DNA from: Eledone cirrhosa
Lineage: Eukaryota
DNA: 64,000 bases
Assembly (NCBI GenBank): GCA_964016885.1
Contig: OZ024748.1
Location: 29,140,001 to 29,204,000, forward strand
Direction of reading: 5' to 3'
Made by a program: the position numbers and the translations under genes. The notes beneath the pieces were generated by a model. That model did not search any database. It was not told the origin of the DNA and worked only from the letters and a program-made list of their open reading frames with translations. Below, piece after piece: positions 54,018 through 62,940 of the stretch. The first letter of the stretch is position 1, and the number at the start of each line of letters is the position of its first letter.

Positions 54018-54515
54018 GTATACACCAACCTCTATAGAACAGTGTTGATGTATACACCAACTTTTATATAGGACAGTGTTGGTATATACACCAACCTCTA
54101 CAATATGACAGTGTTGGTATATACACCAAACCCTATATAACAGTGTTGACATATACACCAACCTCTATATAGAACATTGTTGACATATACATCAACCTCT
54201 AGAATATGACAGTGTTGGTATATACACCAACCTCTATATAGAACAGTGTTGACATATACATCAACCTCTATATAGAACAGTGTTGATATATACACCAACC
54301 TTTATATAGAACAGTGTTGGTATATACACCAACCTCTATAATATGACAGTGTTGTTATATACCCCATCCTCTGTATATGATAGTTTTGGGACATATAACA
54401 ATGTTGGTGAATACACTAACCTATATATGTTAGTGTTGATGTATGTACATCAACCTCTATACATGACAGTGTTGATGTATCTATATATGACTGTTGATAT
54501 ATACACCAACCTCTC
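54018..54515. repeat. 34-bp minisatellite (ATATACACCAACCTCTATATAGAACAGTGTTG(G/A)(T/C)), ~14 copies, decaying rightwards
   Basis: GAACAG recurs at 54241 and 54275. Internal inverted repeat GTTGGT-ATATAC-ACCAAC. Confidence 0.92.
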
Positions 54516-54609
54516 TAAGTGTATCAAAATATCTCTTGTAGAATATGCTTCTAAACACTTTCTTGAAGTAAATTGCTAGCTTTGCATCTGATTTAACCCT
54601 TATATTTAG

Positions 54610-54743
54610 GATGCCCTATGAATTCAGAAGAGATATGGGAGTAAACCAGGAAAGATATATTGGCCCTGAATCAGGACAAGGAGACTCTGACAGACAAAAT
54701 ATATCAGCTCATGACAGGCTGGGCCGAATGAGAAATCCTTCTG
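54610..54743 (+). CDS. SAFB/SLTM-like gene penultimate coding exon
   Basis: TTTAG acceptor, G|GTATGT donor at 54744, phase 2-1, bridging the neighbouring exons exactly. Translates MPYEFRRDMGVNQERYIGPESGQGDSDRQNISAHDRLGRMRNPS. Confidence 0.82.
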
Positions 54744-54914
54744 GTATGTTTTTATTGTAGTCTCACTATCAACATCATTTAATGTCTGCTTTCCCTGTTA
54801 CATAGAAATGTATGTTTGTATTCCTTCTTCAGAAGATAGAATGAGAAATAAAAGATTGAAATAGAAAGAGAGTGAGTGAGAAGAGGAAGAAACATTTTTT
54901 TAATTTTAAAATAC

Positions 54915-55407
54915 AGGATCTTTTCGGTTTGATTGCCACCATTAAAGTTTATTGAACATTTTTTAATTTGGCACATATTGATGTAGTTTTCCAAGCTGAA
55001 TTGCTGGAGTTGTTTCATTTTTTCCAGAAAAATGTTTTTAAAAGGTTATTTAAGTTTGATATTTTTCACCCAGTCAGGAATCAGGATTTGGAAGCTGTCA
55101 TCCCCAGTTTACACTTGTTACTATGGAAACAGTCTTCAATATATTGTCAACACGTGCTTCCTTGCAGACAAAACAGTTCTTATGTTCCGCTTGTTACTAT
55201 GGAAACAGGCATGAATATATCTGTGGCTTACGATTGGCTAAAATTACCCAAAATGTTCAATCTTTAATTGCTAATAACTCTTTATTTATTGATTTATAGC
55301 GAAAATGATTTTCATGACATTCATTAGCCTATAAATGTGTATTGTTACACTGAATATGAAATCAATTCGAAGAGAAATGCCGCTGGCAGTCAAACTGAAA
55401 AGATCCT
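54915..55407. mobile_element. MITE / non-autonomous DNA transposon with ~24-bp terminal inverted repeats
   Basis: Left AGGATCTTTTCGGTTTGATTGCCA (54915-54938) and right TGGCAGTCAAACTGAAAAGATCCT (55384-55407) differ by 2 mismatches. No transposase-like ORF. Confidence 0.8.
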
Positions 55408-55635
55408 AAGTACATGTGTATTCTGTCACCCAATTTTGGGAATGCTGGTCAGTGGGTATCTTAGGTATTATAGAGGTTTAGCAAGGGAGATAATTATTGT
55501 GTATTTTGAGTATGCATATGTGTGTAGATTTGTCTGTGCAAAGCTGTGAAGGATCGGCATTGGACCGTAACTGAGTTGGCTGGTGTGAGAATATATATAT
55601 GTATATATATATATTCATGTGTATATATATATATA

Positions 55636-56420
55636 TCATCATCAACATCATTTTACGTCCGCTCTTCCCTGCTCGCAAGAGTGGGACAGGTCTTATTCAG
55701 CACAGCATCTCTCCACTCGTCACGGTCCTTCGTCAGCTCCACCGTGAGCTTCAACGATCTGAGGTCTGTTCTCACCACCTCCGCCCATGTTTTTCGTGGT
55801 CTACTTCTATCACGTCTTCCTTCAACTGGCATTTCCTGGCACTTCTTCACCCATCGGTCATCCTCCATGCACATCACATGTCCATACCACCTCAGTCTCC
55901 TCTCCCGTACACTACATTCTATCCTTCTCAGACACAGTTACTCTCTCAACACATTCATGCTAGGTCGTTCACGCACATTTACACTGCGCATCCAACAAAG
56001 CATGCTTGCCTCATTCTCTCCAGCCGTCGCATATCCTCTGCAGTTGCTGCCCATGTCTCACTACCGTGCAGCATTGCGCTCCTCACACAGGCATCATACA
56101 ACCGGCCTTTCATACTCAGGGAGAAACCCTTCTTCGTCAGCAGAGGAAGCAGCTCCCTAAACTTCTTCCAACCCCTCCTTATTCTAGATACTATGGCCTT
56201 GGAACACCCTCCTCCCATGCTAATCTGATCTAGGTACCGGAAGCTATCCACCACTTCTATAGCACCCGCCTGCATTTGAAAAATGTGTCTATCAATGCGA
56301 CGTCTACTGTCTAATTTCCCTGTACATCTACTGCATACATATTTCTCCCTACCTGTTAGTTTGCCTGCTATCCCGCTACATCTCTTATGTACCCAGGATC
56401 TGCATTGTGTGCATTTTATA
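55636..56420 (-). mobile_element. 5'-truncated RTE LINE (PHD-like Cys/His finger and RT C-terminal region), frameshifted, embedded between (TA)n tracts
   Basis: Minus-strand peptides IKCTQCRSWVHKRCSGI..YVCSRC, VVDSFRYLD, GWKKFRELLPLL, LHGSETWA and RPRKTW.EVV. (GAT)n tail at 55636-55650. Confidence 0.92.
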
Positions 56421-56441
56421 GAATATATATATATATATATA

Positions 56442-57043
56442 TATATAGAATTCACAGGAATCAAAGTTATGTTCAAACCATTTATTAGCTTACAATTGTT
56501 TCATCCAAACCGAGGCTTGGAGTCTTCGGAGCATTTTTCAATGTTTGTATACATACATGACCTCCTTTCCAACGCAAGAGACACACAGATACATATGTAT
56601 ATGTATATGTATATGCTTAAAGTGCTTGTATTGCATATAACACCCTGCCGCACAATAATCATATATAAATAAGACACACGTGCATGCCCCACGTGTAACT
56701 AATGCATACAATAACTACTACAACTGACTAACAAACTATCCTCTTGCATTATCCACGTTAACTGCCGATGTTGTATTTTAATTTTAATTTTGCTTTGATT
56801 CTGTTTTAATATGATTTTAATTTTTGAATTTAAATTGCTATACAGAAATAATATAATATATGTCACCCCACTGTACATCAATATATACATATGTATCTGT
56901 ATGTCTCTTGCGTTGGAAAGGAGGTCATGTATGTATACAAACATTGAAAAATGCTCCGAAGACTCCAAACCTCGGTTTGGATGAAACAATTGTAAGCTAA
57001 TAAATGGTTTGAACATAACTTTGATTCCTGTGAATTCTATATA
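56442..57043. mobile_element. Long inverted repeat (~160-bp arms, ~280-bp spacer), probable Penelope-like element remnant with inverted terminal repeat
   Basis: 56442-56602 is the reverse complement of 56883-57043 with 2 mismatches. TA-rich flanks. Each arm carries a minimal hammerhead motif followed by AATAAA. The inverted repeat is certain; the Penelope assignment is inference. Confidence 0.7.
56953..56997 (+). ncRNA. Minimal type I hammerhead ribozyme motif (U4C core variant); antisense twin at 56488-56532
   Basis: GCT / CCGAAGA / C-TCCAAAC-CTCG-GTTTGGA-T / GAAAC-AATT-GTA / AGC. Stem I is GCT:AGC, stem II is 7 bp, stem III is the palindrome ACAATTGT, and the cleavage triplet GUA is at 56992-56994. 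Confidence 0.65.
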
Positions 57044-57266
57044 ACTGCTCTGTAGAACAACTGATGTTATTACATTGAGCTATTTATCTTACTGGTAATA
57101 AGGTAGTAATAAATTACTGTCTTTCACTGTTTAGGGTTTAAAATATATATAACTATAAAAAGTTTTAATATATACATAACCATAAATAGTATCCTTAATA
57201 CTATATATATATATATACATATATATACAGCTTGATATATATATATAGATATAGAGAGAGAGAGAG

Positions 57267-57553
57267 AGAAAAAAGATGAAATCGAAAATGCAACTGGAGT
57301 CTTATTTTTTTTTTAAATATATATATTTATTTGGTTCCTTTACCAGTTTCGTAGTTCTTCTGCTTTTCAAAAGTAGAGTTGAGATGGAGGGTCTGTGGTT
57401 TTTCTCACATCTGAGAAAAACCACAGACCCTCCATCTCAACTCTACTTTTGAAAAGCAGAAGAACTGCGAAACCGGTAAAGGAACCAAATAAATATATAT
57501 ATTTTTTTTTTAAATAAGACTCCAGTTGCATTTTCGATTTCATCTTTTTTTCT
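57267..57553. repeat. Near-perfect ~287-bp palindrome (4-nt centre CATC at 57408-57411), part of an insertion spanning ~57237-57638
   Basis: The ~140-bp arms are reverse-complementary apart from a T-run and a few substitutions. The insertion is flanked by the 20-bp direct repeat ACATATATATACAGCTTGAT (57217-57236 and 57639-57658). Confidence 0.93.
57446..57481 (+). ncRNA. Minimal type I hammerhead ribozyme motif with U3-A8 core; degenerate antisense twin at 57338-57373
   Basis: CTT / TTGAAAA / GCAG-AAGAA-CTGC / GAAAC-CG-GTA / AAG. Stem I is CTT:AAG, stem II is 4 bp, stem III is the palindrome ACCGGT, the GUA triplet is at 57476-57478, and AATAAA follows just downstream. Confidence 0.6.
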
Positions 57554-57648
57554 TTATATTTTCACTCGTGTATGACACCTCGGTTATTTTTCATTTTGTA
57601 AAAAAAAACCTCACTTTCTAATATATATATATGTATACACATATATAT

Positions 57649-58195
57649 ACAGCTTGATGCCCTTCCTAACACCAACCATGTTTACAGTGTGGAACTGGAT
57701 GGCCCATTATGAGGAGGTTCTGGCCAGTTGGCCACGCCATACTCTGCTTACATCGGAACCATAATTTGGGACCTAGGTGGGGCCACTATTTGGGAGGTTG
57801 GGCCAGTTGTTCGCGCCAAATCTTACTCATAAAGGAGCCATGTTACCAGGTGGTCCTGATATGTTTGTTAATGATGAAACCCACTCCATGTTCGTATGTT
57901 TGGTGTCACCACGATTTGTGGCCTTCATCTGTAGTTGTCTCACTAAATCCAGTCCAGCCCTAATCTGGCATCTTATTTGACTGTTTGTGTATTATGGTAT
58001 TTCAGTGGACTTTAGAATGCTTGGCAGTGCCCATTTTCTCTCCAACCTTCAAGTCCCTCACTAAGTTTAGCCTGCCAGCAGAAGCAGTTTCCAGGGTGTA
58101 GCTGGAAAATATTTTCAAAGCCAAAAATGAGAGTAGGGTAAAAGCCAGTGTACCCGTCCATCCCTAAGGATGCTGCTACCGGACATCAAGGTACT
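57649..58195 (-). mobile_element. Possible RTE-derived non-autonomous element or fragments
   Basis: 57649-57698 is the reverse complement of the RTE 3'-UTR motif (CCAGTCCACACTGTAA..GGTTGG..TAGGAAGGGC.TC.AGCTGTA). The adjoining more GC-rich block is unassigned, so the extent is uncertain. Confidence 0.35.
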
Positions 58196-58492
58196 CTCTC
58201 TACACCCAAGTAACTATATAGATTTTCAATAGATATAGTGCTCTCTTACCACTTATTGAATATTTTGCTACACACACATCTTCCTTCAGCTGTCTTTTAT
58301 ATACTTCTCTCAATACAGCCCTCTCTTAATCCTGTTTCTTCCCTCACCCTTATTTCTCTCCCTATCCCCGCCTCTCTCTACTGTTTTCGATACTCTCCTC
58401 TTTACACAATTATAACTACTCTATTCTAAATTGTTCATTGTTTTCATATTTGTGATTTATTTGAAAATATAATCTTTTTGTGTTCCTGTTAG

Positions 58493-58872
58493 TTGGTGGA
58501 CCTGACCAAAGACCTCGATGGAGTTCTGGCAGCATGGGTAGGAAAGTGGACAGATGGTCTTACATGCATGGAGACATGGACAACAGTGGTATGAACAGAT
58601 CAAATGACCAGTGGCATGGGAACAACATAAACTCAACAGGTCGTGATGCCAGTGGGGCATTTGTTGACCATGGTAATAGAGGTGGTAATAGTGGAGGGAT
58701 GGTGCAAAACATGGGACCTGGTAACATGTATGGCAACCCTCAGTCACAGGGTGGGCTTACAATGGTTTCACATGGTGGTGGAAGTGGTGATGGTGGTGGT
58801 GGTGGTAATAATATGAGTGGACATATACAGGAACCTCGCTTTGATGCTTATAAAGTTATGGGATCAATGTGA
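58493..58872 (+). CDS. Terminal coding exon of the SAFB/SLTM-like gene (Gly/Ser/Asn/Met-rich low-complexity tail)
   Basis: TTCCTGTTAG acceptor, phase 1 matching the previous donor. Translates VGGPDQRPRWSSGS...GGGGGNNMSGHIQEPRFDAYKVMGSM*. The terminal RFDAYK motif is recalled from invertebrate SAFB-family proteins. The seven exons total 1158 nt, i.e. 386 codons including the stop, with no internal stop. Confidence 0.88.
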
Positions 58873-59326
58873 AAATTAAACAGAACTTTGCTACAGGGCA
58901 GGCTGTATGACTAGGGGAAGCAGATGGAATCTGAAGCAGTTTATAAAACCCTACCCTGCAGCTATATATCACATACATTCTCCATTCCAATTATGAGTTA
59001 ATGCTTGGTTCCAGAATATCCAATCATTTTTCTGACCTTCCATATGTTAACACACACATACATATATAAACAAACACAACTTTCTATCTTCACATTATCC
59101 ATTTCCCAATTATACTGTCTTAATATATTTCGTGTGTTGCTATAGTTTATTTCTATAACCTCATCCAACACACACACATCACACAGTTGAATGTATTAAT
59201 GAAAAAGGAGGAGGAGGAAGAGAAATCAGATAGATTGTATTTATGAAATAGGGGGAGAAGGGAAAAAGAGCAACTATAGAATGTAATAATGAATTGGAAG
59301 AGACCACAAAATGTAATATATGGAAA

Positions 59327-59332
59327 AATAAA
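59327..59332 (+). promoter_or_regulatory. Candidate polyadenylation signal AATAAA for the SAFB-like gene
   Basis: About 455 nt after the stop codon and followed by a GT/T-rich tract (TGTTGTTAATGTTGTTTGTT, ~59351-59370). Confidence 0.55.
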
Positions 59333-59533
59333 ATTTATTCACATAAATGATGTTGTTAATGTTGTTTGTTACTCTTTTTTACCTTTTACCTTTGTTTTTC
59401 TCTTTTCTGTTCTCCATTACTTGGGACTCCTATCTTCAAAGCACCCAAGAAATTTCCTACAAGATGCAATTAGGCAATTTCTGTACGTAATCAGCCAAAG
59501 AAATAAAAATGAGCAATACCAATTTGATGTTTA

Positions 59534-60370
59534 TGAAGTGTGCCAGAAAAGAAACAGGACTGGGGTTGCAAAAAAAATATTTCAAATACAAACTACAAGT
59601 TTTTCTCTTCAAAATAAGTCCCTTTCCCATCCTCCTCTATCACACCTCCATGCACACTTGGAAGGATTCCCCACAGCCTTCTTCATGGCTTCCACATTTT
59701 GAAAATGGTCCCTTTGATGACTCTCTTGATCTTGGGGAAAATGAAAAAGTCTGATTTGGTTTCAAAACACTCGAGGATGTCCTGACACACCTGCATGCAC
59801 CGCTCCTTCTGGTCGTCATTCAGCAACTTCAGCGCCATCTTCGTACAGATCTTCCGCATGCCCAAATGTTTGGTGAAATCTTCCAAATGCTGTTGTGGTT
59901 CATGGCCATCTCACATGCAATCAGTTGTAAGGTCAGCCGACAATTTCCACACACCACCTGCCCAACGTTGGCCTCAGTCATGCTTGTTGAAGGCCTTCTG
60001 CTCATGGCGTTGTCTTGCACATTTTCGCGTCTCTCTTTGAACTTTTTGTGCCACTTGAAAACCTTTGAGTGTGACATCATCTCATTTCAATATGCTTGCT
60101 GCAGTATTCTGAGTGCTTCTGATGAAGTTTTCGCTAGTCAAACCAGAAATTTCAGGTTGGTTTGTTGCTCTGTGCCCATTATTCAATGGCCTAAAATTGG
60201 GGAGCTGTTAACAAAAGCCTGTGAAAAAACATACAATGGCTGCAGAGAGCTTAGATTGCAGTTATGTACTCCCCGGAAATTATGTCACATGATGACACAA
60301 TGTGCTAATCCCTACCCCACTCATAGCTCACACAGCACTTTAATTCCTGTTACTTTTCTGATACTCAACA
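59534..60370 (-). mobile_element. Internally deleted mariner transposon with transposase pseudogene
   Basis: 28-bp imperfect TIRs (59534-59561 and 60343-60370, 21/28 match) with TA on both sides. Minus-strand peptides VFKWHKKFKE..RPST, LGMRKICTKM..KLL..QK.R and DFFIFPKIK. The catalytic region is missing and frameshifts are present. Confidence 0.9.
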
Positions 60371-61039
60371 TATATGATCTATTTAATACAAGAAAATGAT
60401 TGCAATTGACTTAATTGAATGTAAAATTAAATTAAGTTGGTAGTTAATGTCATTGTGTACAGCAATTGTTGAATTTCTGCGAAACTTAATAGAAACTGAA
60501 TACAAAAGAAAGCCAGGTTTCCAAATGAATCTTGTGAATTTATAACGCTGAACAATGAAATCTGCATATGTTGAGGACAAAGACAAATATGTTTCTTTTA
60601 ATTCGAGGTCAGCATTGATTAAATAGATTTATGATCAAATTAATTCAAGCAATGGCCATCTTTTTTTGCAGGTATGTAGAAATAAGGTGTGATTTGAGTG
60701 ATATTGAGCTGTTGTTTCTAGCGGTTCAGGCGACCATGTAGAAATTCTCTGATTTAGACCAAGGGTGTTTTCATGAGCTGTGAAAGAAATTCAGTCATAT
60801 TAAACTGATATGGATGATGTATGAAAGCATGCATACCAGATTTTTCTATTGGAAATGAAAGTAATTTGGAGGGTTTTTACACCAAGTTAGAATGGAAGGT
60901 ATAATTTAAATAAGAGAAAATGATGACTGTCAAATGAAGAAAAAAACATTCTGGGGAGTGAAGACCCTCATACACCACAACAAAAGATGTTAGAGATTCC
61001 CTCCAACAATTTTTGAGGAAACCCAACACACTTGCAGCA

Positions 61040-61172
61040 ATGCTTTATATGGCTTTAAGTCGTACAAGAAGGAAGGAAAACTTAAAATTTCTTTTGAAAG
61101 AAACAAGCAATCATGGCTTGTTAGTTGTGGATACATTTTTCACAAAAAAAATTTATAATAAAAGAATTATTA
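61040..61172 (+). mobile_element. Helitron RepHel (PIF1-like helicase) C-terminal fragment, partly duplicated at 61481-61569
   Basis: LYMALSRTRRKENLKFLL...FFTKKIYNKRII resembles the helicase motif QLYVALSRV and the terminal TKNIVYKEIL pattern. Confidence 0.6.
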
Positions 61173-61574
61173 AACTAAAAACTTGGTTTTGTACCCTTTT
61201 TATATATAAAATATTACAATTAACTGCCGTCATTTTTACAGCACAGTAATATATAATGTTACTAAAATACTCCTAAGTATATAACCATGGCTACCAGAAT
61301 GTAAATATTTCAGTTTTAGCACACACCCTCACATTATGTATTTATAAAACTCAACAAATGGCTCAGATGTATGATGTAAAATGCATGGATTTCACCAAAT
61401 ATTTGTGGGAAGGGGACCACTTTTTGTTACTATATTACTAGTGAAATACACTAATACTTGAAGCATTACTTGACAAAGATTTATATGGCTTTAAATCGTA
61501 CAAGAAGGAAGGAAAACTTATTTTGAAGGAAACAAGTAATCAAGGCATGTTAGTTGCAGATAAATTTTTCCGAA

Positions 61575-62101
61575 TTGAAGATAGTGAGTTTGGCTTTTAT
61601 GCCTGACTCCCTTCTGATTACCAAATGCTGAAGCTGGTGCATTACTGCGCCGGCTCTTGCAATTCTTGCAAGAGCTGGTGCAGTAATTCAGCCTCTTGCC
61701 TTCCATCACTTGTGAACATGGCCCTGAGATACTTCTCTACAGGCTTCAATGGAACTCCATTCACATGTAAAGTGCACTGCGCAGGCTTCCTTGGGAGTTA
61801 CGAGTGTCTCAGTTTTCGCAGTACTGATTTTCATTCCAACCATGAAGCACTCTGCATCAAACCTATCAAGCGCATGTTGTAGATCACCTTCTGTTGAGTT
61901 AAGTAACACCATGTCATCAGCAAATTCCAGCCGACTGATTTTACACCTGCCAGTCGTGATACCACTTCCAACCTGGCTGTGCATGTCAATCCTGTTCATG
62001 TAAATAATGAATAGTAGCGGTGACAGTACACACCCTTGGCGGAGTCCGACTCCCACATTGAATAGTTTCGATTTAGCACCATTTATCCAAACACAAATAC
62101 T
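61575..62101 (-). mobile_element. RTE-clade LINE reverse transcriptase fragment (downstream part of an element split by a nested insertion)
   Basis: GVGLRQGCVLSPLLFIIYM, FADD and GMKISTAKTE motifs; frameshifted downstream. Confidence 0.92.
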
Positions 62102-62940
62102 TTGGCATTCGCATCTATTGTAGAAACAGTAGATAACTTCTGCTATTTAGATGACCAAATTAGCAGCAGTGGTGGGTGTTCTGAAAGTACAGTAGCCAGA
62201 GTAAGAACGGGATGGAGGAAGTTCAGGGAGCTTCTACCACTGCTGGCTACAAAAGGCTTCTCCCTCAGAATTAAAGGCAGACAGTATGATGCATGTGTAC
62301 ATACAGCTATCGGTGCTGTGTGCAGAAGACTTGCATAGATTGGAAAGAAATGAAGCCTGCATGTTCCGATGGATGTGTAATAGTAATATGCGAGAACAGC
62401 AAAGGATAAATGAACTGAGAGAGAAACTAGGCATAAGAGGAATCAAATGCTATGTGCAGGAGAGGAGATTGCGTTGGTATGGACATGTGATGCATATGAA
62501 AGATGACAGCTGCATAAAAAATGCAGTGCGCTCAAAGTCGTTGGAAGTCTTGGAGTGAGGAGACCGAGGAAGACCTGGGATGAGGTGATAAAAGTCGACC
62601 TTACCCAATTGCACCTCTCAAAGGAGATGACACATGACTGGGATCTTTGGCGATTTGCAGTAATACAGAAGATCTGACTTCCTATGAGCGCAAGCTTAAG
62701 CATATGTACAGTATGCCCCACTCTACCCCCCAGTCCACACTGGACACATTATAAAAGACACGGCAAAAAGCACCCAGCACACACTGTCAATGTCGTTGGT
62801 GTTAGGAAGGGCATCCAGCCAGAAACACCCCTATACAAGTGAGACACGGTCACCCGACCCAACTTGCCTCTAAATGGGAGTCATCTAACCCATGCTAGCA
62901 TGGAAGATGGATGTTAATCGATGATAATGATGATGATTGA
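62102..62940 (+). mobile_element. 5'-truncated RTE LINE nested inside another RTE; same family as 55636-56420
   Basis: Peptides VDNFCYLD, GWRKFRELLPLL, RRLRWYGHV and RPRKTWDEV. 3' UTR resembles 53310-53481. (GAT)n tail at ~62920-62940. Confidence 0.92.

Noticed and set aside
53976-54579. Short repetitive ORFs
   Set aside because: Translations of the 34-bp minisatellite.
55546-56233. Long + strand ORFs of 204 and 209 aa
   Set aside because: They are antisense shadows of the minus-strand RTE fragment and begin in (TA)n sequence.
58905-58940. SECIS element (ATGA...AA...GA after a UGA)
   Set aside because: Spacing is too short and helix II does not pair; the protein has no selenoprotein-like context.
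59289-60399. + strand ORFs of 137 and 177 aa
   Set aside because: They overlap the 3' UTR end and the antisense strand of the mariner; no recognisable protein features.
61430-61445. Helitron 3' terminus (CTAG followed by T)
   Set aside because: No GC-rich subterminal hairpin is visible upstream.
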